64,000 nucleotides of DNA from an uncultured Lactobacillus sp. (GCA_946477855.1 CAMKZU010000008.1:3102-67101); one strand, 5' to 3'. Positions 1-11,077 are shown, counted from the first letter of the stretch. A program made the numbers and translations. Notes: generated by a model not told the origin, from the sequence alone.

Positions 1-149
1 ATTAATTAATCAAAAGTGCATCCCGTCAACACTACATTTTGTTACTCGACGTGCAAATTTTAGCGGTTTTTTATATTTATAAGGTCTAAGTTGTCAAATT
101 ATTCCTGCAATCTATTAAATTAAACTTATCTTTACTATCATTTACTCTA

Positions 150-2084
150 TTATTCTTCACGTGAATATGACTTAACATCCTGCTTAATTTCACTGATAAA
201 TTCATCAAAGCTCTTGGCTACTTCTTCTTCAGTGCCGTAGCGACGAACATTAACTCCCTTGTCCTTTAATTCCTTGTCACCTAAAACAAGAGTATATGGT
301 ACTTTTTGAGTTTGTGACTCACGAATCTTGTAACCTAATTTTTCATTACGTAAATCTGCTTCAGCTCTAAAGCCACGTTTATTAAGTTCGTCGCGAACTT
401 TCTTAGCATAATCAGAATGAGCATCAAGATTAACCGGGATCACTTCTACTTGAACTGGAGCTAGCCAAGTTGGAAAGGCGCCCTTGTATATCTCAATCAA
501 GTAAGCAATGAAACGCTCCATAGTACCTACAATTCCGCGGTGAATCATAACTGGACGATGCTCTTCGCCATCTTGACCAACGTAGGTTAAATTAAATCTT
601 TCAGGCAGCATGAAGTCTAGTTGAATTGTGGACATTGTTTCATCTGCACCTAAAGCAGTCTTAGTTTGAATATCAAGTTTAGGACCGTAAAAGGCAGCTT
701 CACCTTCAGCTTCAACATAATCAAGTCCCATATCGTCCATAGCCTTTTTCAGCATTGACTGACTTCTTTCCCACATTTCATCATTTGCGAAATACTTTTT
801 AGTATTCTTAGGATCACGATAGGAAAGTCTGAAGTAGTAGTCAGTGATGTCAAAGTCTTTATAAACGTCTAAAATTAAAGTCAAAATCTTAGAGAATTCA
901 CTTTGAACTTGATCTAAGGTCACAAATGTATGACCATCATTTAAGGTCATTTCTCTAACACGTTGTAAACCAGATAGCGCACCAGATTTTTCATATCTAT
1001 GCATCATACCCAGTTCTGCAATTCTAATTGGCAGTTCACGGTATGAACGAATGTGATGCTTGTAAATTTGAATATGGGACGGACAATTCATTGGCCGCAG
1101 TTCAAGCATTTCACCGTCACCCATATCCATTGGTGGGAACATGTCATCACGATAGTGTGCCCAGTGGCCTGATGTTTTATAAGCATCAACGTTCATTAAA
1201 ACTGGAGTATAAACGTGTTGGTAGCCGTCAGCGACTTCTTTATCAATGATATAGCGTTCAACTACACGGCGAATTGTGGCACCTTTTGGCATCCAGTAAG
1301 GCAATCCAGCTCCAACTTTGGGATCAACAAAGAATAAATCAAGATCTCGGCCAATTGTTCTGTGATCGCGTTCTTTAATTTCTTCACGCCGTTTAATATC
1401 TGCATCCAAATCTGCTTTTTTAAAGAAAGCAGTACCTGAAATTCTCTGAAGCATAGGATTAGAAGATTGCCCTTTCCAGTAGGCACCGGCAACTGACAAT
1501 AATTTAAATTGCTTAATTTTTCCTGTGTTAGGCAGTAATGCATCAAAGCCAAAATCGATAAAGTCTCCCAGTTTATATACTTGAACTTGGTCACCTTTTT
1601 CAGCCTTAAGCATTTCACTCTTATAAGGATCATCATTGAATATATCGGCCAATTCGTCTTTAGACATCATGCAGGATGCAATTTTTTCTCCCGCTTTAAT
1701 TACTTTTTTGACCGCTTTTTCCAAGTCAGGTAATTCATTGATTTTTATTTGATTTTCTTTATCAGTGTCAACGTAAAAACCTTCGTCGTCAGTTCCATGT
1801 TCACCAAAATGAATCTCAGGATAGACCTTCTTGGCAACAGCTTCAAGAACAAAAGCAACAGTATCACGCAGAATTGCTAATCCCTCTTCATCTCTGTCAG
1901 TAATAATTGCAACTTCTGCATTTTTGCTTAACTTGTAATCTAAAGCAACAATTTGACCATTTACTTTTGCACCAAGAGCTGCTTTACCTAAAGATGTACC
2001 AATACCATGTGCTAAATCAGATATTGAAACAGCGTCTGTAAAATCTTTTTTTGAGCCGTCAGGCAAAGTAATCGAAAAACTCAT
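150..2084 (-). CDS. thrS: Threonine--tRNA ligase
   Basis: TGS N-terminus (ITLPDGS), DHRTIG, RPMNCP, FYGPKLD, HRGIVG motifs; ATG at 2084 after GGAGG RBS; T-box upstream. Confidence 0.98.
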   Translation of the reverse strand: MSFSITLPDGSKKDFTDAVSISDLAHGIGTSLGKAALGAKVNGQIVALDYKLSKNAEVAIITDRDEEGLAILRDTVAFVLEAVAKKVYPEIHFGEHGTDDEGFYVDTDKENQIKINELPDLEKAVKKVIKAGEKIASCMMSKDELADIFNDDPYKSEMLKAEKGDQVQVYKLGDFIDFGFDALLPNTGKIKQFKLLSVAGAYWKGQSSNPMLQRISGTAFFKKADLDADIKRREEIKERDHRTIGRDLDLFFVDPKVGAGLPYWMPKGATIRRVVERYIIDKEVADGYQHVYTPVLMNVDAYKTSGHWAHYRDDMFPPMDMGDGEMLELRPMNCPSHIQIYKHHIRSYRELPIRIAELGMMHRYEKSGALSGLQRVREMTLNDGHTFVTLDQVQSEFSKILTLILDVYKDFDITDYYFRLSYRDPKNTKKYFANDEMWERSQSMLKKAMDDMGLDYVEAEGEAAFYGPKLDIQTKTALGADETMSTIQLDFMLPERFNLTYVGQDGEEHRPVMIHRGIVGTMERFIAYLIEIYKGAFPTWLAPVQVEVIPVNLDAHSDYAKKVRDELNKRGFRAEADLRNEKLGYKIRESQTQKVPYTLVLGDKELKDKGVNVRRYGTEEEVAKSFDEFISEIKQDVKSYSREE

Positions 2085-2105
2085 TATTTCCTCCAAAATT
2101 TTTAT

Positions 2106-2322
2106 AACAAAAAATCCCAGTGCAATTAAGCACTGGGACGTTAATTAACGTGGTTCCACCCAAAATTTAGTTCAAAAAATGAACTATCTCGTTATAGATT
2201 GTTAACGGAATCTAACCCATTATCAAAATTTAGGTATGAATGAGTGGATTGCAAACGCTAATGAAAACTTTCAGAATAATGCTTTCTCTCTGAGTTGCGT
2301 TGCAACATGTTCATTCATTGGA
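2106..2322 (-). promoter_or_regulatory. T-box riboswitch (thrS leader)
   Basis: Minus strand reads GGGTGGAACCACG (T-box) then terminator CCCAGTGC-ttaatt-GCACTGGGA-TTTTTT; AGAGAG and CTGAAA stem I motifs; candidate ACU specifier (less certain). Confidence 0.9.
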
Positions 2323-2399
2323 CTTAATTATAACCCAATAATTTTTTAATGCAAGTATATTTTCATTAAAAAATTAAATCATCCTGCATCTTTTATAAC

Positions 2400-3299
2400 T
2401 TAGTGACGCCGGTTAGGTCCAGATATTACTATTTCCGTTGCTAAAGAATGTATTCTCTCCATTATTCTAGCAGCCTTTACTGGTTCAATTGCATTTTTAG
2501 TTTCCTTGAAATGGTCCTCCAAATCAGCCATGACAAAGTTGGACGAGAAAAAGGTGGGCAAAATATTGTCCATTCGAGCCTGCAAAATTACTGCTAAGAC
2601 TTCGTCTCGCGACCATTGACTTAAATTTTCCGCACCAATATCATCCAATATTAACAAGTCAGAATTAGCTATTTTTTGTACTTCAGTTTGTAAACTATTG
2701 TCATTAAAATGAGTGGACAAACTGGCAATGAATGTAGGAACATGCAGAAACACAACATATTTTTCCATTGCAGCTACTTGATTTGCCAGTCCTGCTAAAA
2801 TATACGTTTTACCAATACCAAAATTACCAGATAAATAAAGACCCTTTTGGTGAATATCTTGAGAATATCGATATAAAAAGCGCTGAATAGCAGTCATTAC
2901 CTCGGCTCTTTCTGGTGTCATTTCAATTTTACTTAAACGAACATCATGCAACCCCTCTGGTAAATTAATTAAACGCAAGTGTTTTTTGATATTAATCTCC
3001 TGATCATGTATCAATTTACTGTCTTCAGGAACAAATTTAAGACTAATGGCATTTTTATTCATTATCAAATCCGGATAATATCCTTTGGTCACAGGATCTT
3101 TTTTATGTTGGCTGAGATAAAATTCAAAAAGACTGGGAAGGCTTTTATCAATTATACTGTCATTAAGTTGTGCTCGGTGCTGACTGATAAATTGTTGCAC
3201 TTTGGGGTCAGCCAAAACTTTTTGCTTAATTTTAGCGGTGCTCTGGTCTTCTGCTTTAGCTGTTTGTCCTTTAACCATAAATTTTTTAATGGGTTGCAT
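2400..3299 (-). CDS. dnaI: Primosomal protein / helicase loader DnaI
   Basis: Walker A GNFGIGKT, LILDDIGAE, conserved position after dnaB. Confidence 0.95.
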   Translation of the reverse strand: MQPIKKFMVKGQTAKAEDQSTAKIKQKVLADPKVQQFISQHRAQLNDSIIDKSLPSLFEFYLSQHKKDPVTKGYYPDLIMNKNAISLKFVPEDSKLIHDQEINIKKHLRLINLPEGLHDVRLSKIEMTPERAEVMTAIQRFLYRYSQDIHQKGLYLSGNFGIGKTYILAGLANQVAAMEKYVVFLHVPTFIASLSTHFNDNSLQTEVQKIANSDLLILDDIGAENLSQWSRDEVLAVILQARMDNILPTFFSSNFVMADLEDHFKETKNAIEPVKAARIMERIHSLATEIVISGPNRRH

Positions 3300-3307
3300 T
3301 TTTTCAC

Positions 3308-4669
3308 CTACTTCATACCGTTTTTATCTTCAAAATTTTTAAAAAATTCTTTTAGCTCCGCACTTGAGACATTAGATTTTACTTTTGGCTGTTGCTTGTT
3401 CCAATCAGTGCCCTTTTCAACTATTTTTCTAGGAGCAAACCGGCTATACCGCTTGCTCTGCCTTTGTTCTTGTGCCTTTTTTCTTTTGTCCATGTAATCC
3501 AAGGCCTCACTACCAGTTTTAACACCGTGTTGCAGCCAATCATGCAAAATTTTATTTGCTAAACGAAATGAAATATTGGGGCCACTTTTTAAACATGCAT
3601 ATGTCAGAATATTAAGTAATTCCGCTGATATTCCCTTATCGTTATATAGGCTATCTAACACCTGATATTCACTAGCGTCAACAAAATCATTTTTTTCAGT
3701 TTTTAAATGATATAAAAACTGTGCTGGAGTATCCGTTTGCGCTTTTTGCAATAATTTTTGTTCTTCCTGATTTAATTGGCTATTATTATCAAATTTGTCA
3801 GGTATTTTAGCCTTGCTTTGCAAATGTCTGCGAGTATCACTGCCATGGATGCTGTTAGCAATAGTTTGCTTAATTTCCCTCATGTTTAAATGATAGTCAC
3901 CATGCAAGCAAGGTAATGCCTCGTCAACAAATTCCTGTTCTGACAGCCCATATATGCGCATGACTGCCCGAATAGCCTCTTTGTTTTGATCAATTTCACT
4001 GCCAGCTATTTGATAAATTTCGAATTGCTGTTTCATAAAATCCCAGTCAATCTGATCCTGGTCATTGACAGTAGCAAAATTGTTAGAAGAATAATTATTT
4101 TCCTGAGCTGCTTCTTTGACCTCAACCGAAGGATCTATCGCCTCTTGATCGGGTATATGGAAAACATCCATAAAAGAAGCAGAAATATTAGGTGCCTCTT
4201 TAATGCCACTTAATTCGCTCTTGTTTTGTTTAGTTTCTCTAGCAAACTCGTGACTCAATTTGTTAAAAGCAGTTACTCCAACTTTTTCTTTTAATAAACT
4301 AGCTAAAAGTGCAGTTGCAAAAAATTCACTGCTTGCTGGAACTCTCTTAAGTTCGAAACACAAAACCTGACCCATGATTTGGTTATCAAGCAGTCTAGTT
4401 TGAATCAAGCCGACAGCTTCAAGCTTGTGTAACGCACCAAATAACTTTTTTATATCACAATCGATCTGTTCTTGCAGTGTATAAATTCCTTTAGCATCAG
4501 AAAGCATTGCCTGTGCACTGTAATCTTCATTCAGACTTAAATAGACTGCTAAAGCAAGAGAACCAATAAGGGGTTGATATAGTTTAATTAATATGCGCAA
4601 ATCTTTAGGAAAAATATCCACCCTGTTGGTAATGAAAAACGGCTGTTTGGGATCATTTGTCTCAAACAT
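3308..4669 (-). CDS. dnaB: Replication initiation and membrane attachment protein DnaB (Firmicute type)
   Basis: LYQPLIG and LEAVGL motifs; nrdR-dnaB-dnaI synteny. Confidence 0.9.
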   Translation of the reverse strand: MFETNDPKQPFFITNRVDIFPKDLRILIKLYQPLIGSLALAVYLSLNEDYSAQAMLSDAKGIYTLQEQIDCDIKKLFGALHKLEAVGLIQTRLLDNQIMGQVLCFELKRVPASSEFFATALLASLLKEKVGVTAFNKLSHEFARETKQNKSELSGIKEAPNISASFMDVFHIPDQEAIDPSVEVKEAAQENNYSSNNFATVNDQDQIDWDFMKQQFEIYQIAGSEIDQNKEAIRAVMRIYGLSEQEFVDEALPCLHGDYHLNMREIKQTIANSIHGSDTRRHLQSKAKIPDKFDNNSQLNQEEQKLLQKAQTDTPAQFLYHLKTEKNDFVDASEYQVLDSLYNDKGISAELLNILTYACLKSGPNISFRLANKILHDWLQHGVKTGSEALDYMDKRKKAQEQRQSKRYSRFAPRKIVEKGTDWNKQQPKVKSNVSSAELKEFFKNFEDKNGMK

Positions 4670-4671
4670 AA

Positions 4672-5139
4672 TTAATTACCCTTTTCCCTTTTTGCAATCA
4701 TATCTTCCATTGTTTTCATAAAGCTGGACATATCTTTAAATTCACGATAGATGGAAGCAAAACGAATATAGGCAACATCATCAATTTTTGCCAGCTCATC
4801 CATTACCAGTTGACCAATCTTTTTCGAAGAAATCTCACTAACCCCTTGCTGACGCACTTTGTTTTCTACATGGTCAACTAGTTCTTCAAATTGTGTACTT
4901 GATATTGGTCGCTTTTGACCAGCCGCCATCACGCCATGCAAAATTTTTTTACGATTAAAAGGTTCACGAGTACCGTCATTCTTGATCACTAGTAAAGGCG
5001 TGGTTTCAACTCGTTCAAACGTGGTAAAACGAAAGCCACAGTTTTCGCATTCACGCCGACGTCTAATTGCGCGATTTTCATCACTTGGACGTGAATCAAT
5101 GACTTTTGATGCATTTTTATGACAATTAGGACATTCCAT
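4672..5139 (-). CDS. nrdR: Transcriptional repressor NrdR
   Basis: CPNC..RRRRECENC Zn ribbon, ATP cone, AYIRFASIY. Confidence 0.97.
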   Translation of the reverse strand: MECPNCHKNASKVIDSRPSDENRAIRRRRECENCGFRFTTFERVETTPLLVIKNDGTREPFNRKKILHGVMAAGQKRPISSTQFEELVDHVENKVRQQGVSEISSKKIGQLVMDELAKIDDVAYIRFASIYREFKDMSSFMKTMEDMIAKREKGN

Positions 5140-5743
5140 ATAAGTCCTCCCCTTTTATTTCAAGAAGCAACTGTTCTAATTTGGATTTCAGATCTTGCTT
5201 TGTACCAGTATTATTAATTACAAAATCAGCTAATTTCTCTTTCTGAGACAAAGGCATCTGACTACGAATGCGCTTCAAAGCAGCGCCTTTACTTAAACGA
5301 TCCCTTAACATTAACCGCTTCATTTGCAGCGATTCAGGTATTGCAATTAATAAGGTGAAATCACAATATTTTTGACCATTTGCTTCAAACAAAACTGGTG
5401 CATCCACAACAACCAAAGAATTTTTGCTCGGGTTGTTTAGCGCAATTTTAGCCTGTATTTCTTGAAAAATCAACGGATGGGTAATTCTATTTAAGGTTTC
5501 AAGTTGTTTTTTATCGTTAAAAACAATCTGTCCTAACTCTGAACGATTAATTGATCTATCTGACTTAAGTATGTTCATTCCAAACCGTTTTAATACTAGT
5601 TCATAACCTTTTTCACCTTTATTTAAGATATCGTGAGCAATTTGATCGCAGTCTATAACAGGGATTTGTTTTTCTCTAAAAAAAACATCCGCAGTACTTT
5701 TACCACTGGCTATTCCACCGGTTATGCCTAAAATCTTTGTCAT
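5126..5743 (-). CDS. coaE: Dephospho-CoA kinase
   Basis: GITGGIASGKST P-loop; ATG at 5743 overlaps mutM stop (ATGA). Confidence 0.95.
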   Translation of the reverse strand: MTKILGITGGIASGKSTADVFFREKQIPVIDCDQIAHDILNKGEKGYELVLKRFGMNILKSDRSINRSELGQIVFNDKKQLETLNRITHPLIFQEIQAKIALNNPSKNSLVVVDAPVLFEANGQKYCDFTLLIAIPESLQMKRLMLRDRLSKGAALKRIRSQMPLSQKEKLADFVINNTGTKQDLKSKLEQLLLEIKGEDLYGMS

Positions 5744-6570
5744 TTGTAAATCACCTGACACTTAGAACAAAATGTCGTACCTCGTCCGTTTACTTTAATT
5801 TTTTCAAGAGGCGTACCACACCGTACACATGGCTCCCCCTTATGTCCATAAACCTGCAACATTTTTTGAAAGCCACCTGTCTTGCCGTTTGCATCTAGAT
5901 AGGTATGAACCGTAGTACCTCTTTCAGCAATTGCCAATTCTATTAACGAATTAATATTATCGTGCAATTGTGCTACTTTTTTTGCTGGAATGCTATTGGC
6001 CTGACTTAACGGGTGAATTTTTGTTTCCCACAAAACCTCATCAACATAAATATTGCCTAGCCCTGCAACAACAGACTGATCCAGCAACGTGCTTTTGATA
6101 TTTTTCTTTTTACGGGCTAAGCCATTTTGTAAATAAGAAACGGTAAAAGCTGCTGAGTTGGGTTCTGCACCTAATTTGCTAATACCAGTCTTTTCTTTTT
6201 CAGTTCCGGTTTTAATTAACTGCATCCGGCCAAACTTACGCACATCATTATAACGCAATGCCGAGTTATCGCTAAAAATGATCTGCACGTGATCATGCTT
6301 GTCCTTTTTAGTATTTATTTTGACTAAACGATACTTACCTTCCATGCGTAAATGCGACACTATTGTTAAATTGTCACTGAGTCGAATTAGCAAATATTTA
6401 GCATAGCGCTCTATATTTTCAATCTTTTTTCCGGTTAACTGCTTTGCAAATTCTTTAGCATCTCCGGTGATAATCTTGGGGTACCATACAGTTACTTCTT
6501 TAATTGTTTTCCCTTTGATAAGAGGAAGAAGAGTCCGCCTGACAGTTTCAACTTCCGGCATTTCGGGCAT
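5740..6570 (-). CDS. mutM: Formamidopyrimidine-DNA glycosylase
   Basis: PEMPEVE N-terminus, HLRMEG, GLGNIY, C-terminal Zn finger. Confidence 0.97.
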   Translation of the reverse strand: MPEMPEVETVRRTLLPLIKGKTIKEVTVWYPKIITGDAKEFAKQLTGKKIENIERYAKYLLIRLSDNLTIVSHLRMEGKYRLVKINTKKDKHDHVQIIFSDNSALRYNDVRKFGRMQLIKTGTEKEKTGISKLGAEPNSAAFTVSYLQNGLARKKKNIKSTLLDQSVVAGLGNIYVDEVLWETKIHPLSQANSIPAKKVAQLHDNINSLIELAIAERGTTVHTYLDANGKTGGFQKMLQVYGHKGEPCVRCGTPLEKIKVNGRGTTFCSKCQVIYK

Positions 6571-6582
6571 TAAAATTACTCC

Positions 6583-9261
6583 TTACTTCGCATCAAACCA
6601 GTTATGACCATATCCAGAGTCAGCTACAAGAGGTATATCAAGTCTTACAGCGGATTGCATAACTTCCGGCACAATTTTTTTAATTGTTTCTAATTCATCC
6701 TTTGGTACATCAAAAATTAATTCATCATGCACCTGAACCACCATTTTAGTCTTTAAATGCAATTCATCCAACTTTTTCTGCATGTTAATCATCGCAATTT
6801 TGATTATATCTGCAGCTGAACCTTGAATAGGAGAATTGATGGCTGTCCTTTCGGCAAATGACCGGACGTTATAATTTTTAGCATGAATGTCTGGTAAATA
6901 ACGTCTTCTATGCATTATTGTCTCGGCATAACCTTTTTCACGTGCCACTTGCACAGCTTTATTCATATATTCTTTAACTTGCGGATACTGCTCAAAGTAA
7001 TTATCAATAAACTCCTTAGCCTTTTTACGGCTAATATTAAGATTCTTAGACAAGCCATAATCAGAGATACCATATACAATACCGAAATTAACTGCCTTAG
7101 CTCTGCGGCGCATTAGCGGAGTAACATCATCGGTTGATTTGAGATGAAAAATACGCATTGCCGTATGAGCGTGGATATCATAACCCGTTCTAAAAGCTTC
7201 CTGCATCTGTTCATCACCGGAAACTTGTGCCAAAACTCGCAATTCAATTTGAGAATAATCACATGAGAAAATATAACCGTCTGGTTCACTAGGCACAAAA
7301 GCTTTTCTAATTTGCTTTCCTTCTTCCGTTCTGGTAGGAATATTTTGTAAATTAGGGTCAACTGAGGACAAGCGACCAGTAGCGGTCAAGGTTTGTAAAT
7401 ACCTGGTGTGAACCCGACCGTCTTTTTGGATAACATCTAATAAACCATTAACGTAGGTAGATTGAATTTTAGCTATTTGTCTGTAAGTCAAAATTTGCTC
7501 AATGATAGGATTCTCATCCTTTAACTGGTTTAAAACATCAACAGAAGTTGAATAGCCAGTTTTGGTCTTTTTAATTGGCTTCAAGCCCATCTTTTCAAAC
7601 AAAATATGACCCAATTGCTTAGGAGAATTAATATTAAATTCTTCACCAGCTTCATCATAAATTTGTTGTTCCATTTTCTTGAGGTCAACCGCAAATTCAT
7701 CTTGCAGCTCAGTTAAAGTATTAGCTTGGACCTTAATACCATTTATTTCCATGACTGACAAAACTCTTGCAACTGGTATTTCAATATTTGCATAAAGATC
7801 ATCCTGCTCATGCTCTTTTAATTTTGCCAGTAATGTCTCTTTTAGATTTTCAATAGCTGCTATTTTACCAGCTAAATGGTTAAACAAAACTTGATCATCT
7901 TCCGGAATATGAACGCTCTTACCTTTGCCATAAACATCATAATCGCTTTTAACCGAATTATCGCCGTACATACGACAGATTTCACCCATATCGTCAGAAT
8001 TGTTTTCATTATTAATCAAATATGAAGCAAGCAGCATATCATAATCAATAGAGCGAGCGTGAATACCTAATCGGTTCAAACCTACAGTTGTTCTTTTTAG
8101 GTCAAACACGTTTTTAGAAACTTTATCACTCTCAAGTAAGTTTTTAAGTTTATTTTCCTTTAAAAGCTCGACGTTGCGGCTAACAAATATTTTTTGATCA
8201 ATTTTTAAAGCAAAGCCAACAAACTTGGCTAAATGATAGTTAGCACCAAGCATTCCCAGATAAAAAGTAATAGTTTGACCATCAGTAACAGCAAAATTAT
8301 TGATATCATTTTCTTTAAGTTCGGTAAAAGCAACTGCTTTAGCATTTGCCTTTTCAGACTGATCTTGTGGTTGACATTCTCCATCCGGATTTAGTTCACT
8401 CAAAAACTTCCGGAAATTCATTCTTTCATAGAATCTACGCAATTTTTGATAATCTACTTCACGCCTTTTAACATCATCAATCCCAATGGTTAAAGGAGCA
8501 TGACGATCAATAGTAGCTAATTTTTTGCCTAAAAGAGCCTTATCTTTATCATTGATAAGGTTTTCTTTCATTTTAGATGGCTTCATATCATCTACATGAT
8601 CATAAAGATTTTCAACCGTACCATATTCCTGAATAAGTTGTGAAGCTTTTTTTGGCCCAATTTTAGTCACACCAGGGTAATTATCAGAATTATCACCCAT
8701 TAATGCTTTCATATCAATAAATTCTGTTGGAGTAACACCGTTAACTTCTTTCATGTGCTCTGGTGTGTATGACTCTAAATTAAGGACACCAGACTTAGTG
8801 ACCATAACTGTTGTTTGAGGTGAAGCTAGTTGTGTTAAATCTTTGTCTCCTGTGACCACAGTAATTTTAAAGCCTGCCTTTTCTCCCTTAGTGACAAAAG
8901 TGCCAATAATATCATCGGCTTCATAGTTATCAAGTTCATATGTGGACAAGCCCAAATCATGCAAAAGCTCCTGAATATATGGCAGTTGTTCAGATAATTC
9001 TGATGGAGTCTTTTGTCTACCGCCTTTATAATCCGCATACATCTTGTTTCTAAAAGTAGTTTTGCCCGCATCAAAAGCAACCAAAACATAGTCAGGCTCG
9101 ACATCGTTTAATACAACATCAAGCATGTTTTTAAACGTATAAATGGCGTTAGTATGCAATCCTTCAGGATTTCTGAAATTTTCAAGTTGGCGGTATAGTG
9201 CATAGAAAGCACGAAAGGCAACTGAATTACCATCAATTAAAAGTAATTTTTTATCAGCCAT
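6583..9261 (-). CDS. polA: DNA polymerase I
   Basis: 5'-3' exonuclease LLIDG/EADD, polymerase motifs DYSQIELR, KAVNFG, VHDEL. Confidence 0.98.
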   Translation of the reverse strand: MADKKLLLIDGNSVAFRAFYALYRQLENFRNPEGLHTNAIYTFKNMLDVVLNDVEPDYVLVAFDAGKTTFRNKMYADYKGGRQKTPSELSEQLPYIQELLHDLGLSTYELDNYEADDIIGTFVTKGEKAGFKITVVTGDKDLTQLASPQTTVMVTKSGVLNLESYTPEHMKEVNGVTPTEFIDMKALMGDNSDNYPGVTKIGPKKASQLIQEYGTVENLYDHVDDMKPSKMKENLINDKDKALLGKKLATIDRHAPLTIGIDDVKRREVDYQKLRRFYERMNFRKFLSELNPDGECQPQDQSEKANAKAVAFTELKENDINNFAVTDGQTITFYLGMLGANYHLAKFVGFALKIDQKIFVSRNVELLKENKLKNLLESDKVSKNVFDLKRTTVGLNRLGIHARSIDYDMLLASYLINNENNSDDMGEICRMYGDNSVKSDYDVYGKGKSVHIPEDDQVLFNHLAGKIAAIENLKETLLAKLKEHEQDDLYANIEIPVARVLSVMEINGIKVQANTLTELQDEFAVDLKKMEQQIYDEAGEEFNINSPKQLGHILFEKMGLKPIKKTKTGYSTSVDVLNQLKDENPIIEQILTYRQIAKIQSTYVNGLLDVIQKDGRVHTRYLQTLTATGRLSSVDPNLQNIPTRTEEGKQIRKAFVPSEPDGYIFSCDYSQIELRVLAQVSGDEQMQEAFRTGYDIHAHTAMRIFHLKSTDDVTPLMRRRAKAVNFGIVYGISDYGLSKNLNISRKKAKEFIDNYFEQYPQVKEYMNKAVQVAREKGYAETIMHRRRYLPDIHAKNYNVRSFAERTAINSPIQGSAADIIKIAMINMQKKLDELHLKTKMVVQVHDELIFDVPKDELETIKKIVPEVMQSAVRLDIPLVADSGYGHNWFDAK

Positions 9262-9442
9262 TTGATCTCCTTACAATTAAACCAAGTTTCTTTATTCAAC
9301 TACCATTTTAACAGTTTTTCCATGGATCTTGCATAATACTGATTTTTTAACAAATTAGTTATATTTAGTTTCTCTCTTAAGATTATCACTTCCTATTTTG
9401 CTTATTTCACTTTTTGTATAGGATTTTTAGAACTTTTTAAAC

Positions 9443-9477
9443 AAAAACATCAAACTCTTTTTAAGTTTGATGTTTTT
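9443..9477. terminator. Intrinsic terminator (symmetric)
   Basis: AAAAACATCAAACT..AGTTTGATGTTTTT inverted repeat. Confidence 0.7.
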
Positions 9478-9515
9478 ACTAATAAACATAGTCTTAACTG
9501 ACTTTCATGTTTTAG

Positions 9516-9721
9516 TTATGGACAAATAATCTTTGTTTCTTTAGCAATCTGAGAATCATTATCATTAGAAATTAGGATTGCGTCTTTTAATTCTAGAGCC
9601 TGAACATTTGAAGATACGCCAAATTTGCTTGAATCAGCCAATATAAAAGATTGTGAAGTTCTTTTTGCGATCAGTTGCTTCTTTATTGCTTCATCAAATT
9701 GTGGTGTAACCATTATTGCGC
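9516..9721 (-). pseudogene. C-terminal remnant of a DeoR/GlpR-family regulator
   Basis: TPQFDEAIKK..ILADSSKFG is the DeoR C-terminal signature; no HTH and no room upstream before the murC terminator. Confidence 0.75.
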
Positions 9722-9757
9722 AAAAAAATAGCCTTACTAGAGTTCTAGTAAAGCTAT
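9722..9757 (-). terminator. murC terminator
   Basis: ATAGCTTTACTAG-aact-CTAGTAAGGCTAT followed by T7 on minus strand. Confidence 0.75.
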
Positions 9758-9766
9758 AAAGTTAAA

Positions 9767-11077
9767 TTACAGTAACTTTTCTAAAGCATCTTCATATTTC
9801 TGAATGTCGCCAGCTCCCATAAAGACGATCACACTATTTCTGTTTTGAGCAAGATCTGCAATGTTATCAAGATCTATCACTTCAGAACCAGGGATTTTAG
9901 CAACTAAATCACTACTTGAAATATCTCCATTGGCCTCTCTTGCTGAAGCATAAATCGGAGTCACATAAGCCTTGTCTACATCACGCAATATTTCTGCAAA
10001 ATCTTGCGCATATTTCTTCGTTCTGGAAAAAGTATGTGGTTGGAATACGACAACTAATTTCTTTTGTGGGAACTTTTGTCGTGCAGCCTGAATTGTTGCT
10101 CTCATTTCAGTTGGATGGTGAGCATAATCATCAATAATATTGATATCACCGAAATCTTTTTCAGAAAAACGACGTTTTGCACCTTGATAAGTAAGTAGAC
10201 CTTTTTGAATATCAGCTACAGGAATCTTTTCGGTGTAGGCAACAGCAATCACAGCTGTGGTATTTAAGATATTGTGATCACCAAAAAGATGTATTTCAAA
10301 CTCACCAACTTTTTTGCCATGAGTCATAACCGTAAAGGTCGATCCTTCAGTTGTTCTTCTAATATTGACAGCTTGAAAATCGTCATTATCTTCAAAACCA
10401 TAAGTATATTTGAGAACATCAGAATGCAAGTCTCTCAATCTTTCATTACCACCCCAGACAAATAGTCCTTTTTTAGTCTGGTCTGCTGCAGTTTGAAAAG
10501 CTGAAGTATAATCAGCCTGATCCTTAAAATAATCCGGATGATCAAAATCAATGTTAGTCATAATTTGATAATCTGGATGATAGGCTAAGAAATGACGTCG
10601 ATATTCATCTGCTTCATAGACAAAGAAACGAGAATCCTTAACACCCTTGCCCTCACCGTCACCTATTAAATAGGAAGTGGGTGCAGCTTCACCCAATACA
10701 TGGGCTAAAAGGCCTGTAGTAGAAGTTTTACCATGAGTTCCCGAAACACCAATGCTTGTATGCATTTTGATAATTTCTTCGACTGTATCAGGATAACTTT
10801 GCCAGGTAATGTTCTTATTTTCACAAGTTTTTACTTCTACGTTGTCATCTTTAAACGCATTTCCTTTAACGATAATTTGTCCTGAATTTTTAATATTATT
10901 CGCACTAAATTCTTTAACTTCAATACCAGCTTTTTTTAGCGGTTCTTGGGTAAAAGTATACTTTTTAATATCGCTGCCAGCTACGTTAAAACCTAAATCA
11001 TTTAACACTAAAGCTAAAGAAGCCATTCCAGTTCCTTTAATTCCGATAAACCAAATTTGCTTATTTTTATCTATCAT
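9767..11077 (-). CDS. murC: UDP-N-acetylmuramate--L-alanine ligase
   Basis: GIKGTGM, GTHGKTSTT, DDYAHHPTE, FQPHTFSRT. Confidence 0.97.
   Translation of the reverse strand: MIDKNKQIWFIGIKGTGMASLALVLNDLGFNVAGSDIKKYTFTQEPLKKAGIEVKEFSANNIKNSGQIIVKGNAFKDDNVEVKTCENKNITWQSYPDTVEEIIKMHTSIGVSGTHGKTSTTGLLAHVLGEAAPTSYLIGDGEGKGVKDSRFFVYEADEYRRHFLAYHPDYQIMTNIDFDHPDYFKDQADYTSAFQTAADQTKKGLFVWGGNERLRDLHSDVLKYTYGFEDNDDFQAVNIRRTTEGSTFTVMTHGKKVGEFEIHLFGDHNILNTTAVIAVAYTEKIPVADIQKGLLTYQGAKRRFSEKDFGDINIIDDYAHHPTEMRATIQAARQKFPQKKLVVVFQPHTFSRTKKYAQDFAEILRDVDKAYVTPIYASAREANGDISSSDLVAKIPGSEVIDLDNIADLAQNRNSVIVFMGAGDIQKYEDALEKLL

Noticed and set aside
15-56. Imperfect inverted repeat TGCA..CGTC..GACGTGCA at the window start
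   Set aside because: Weak pairing and context truncated by the window edge; cannot call an IS end or RNA
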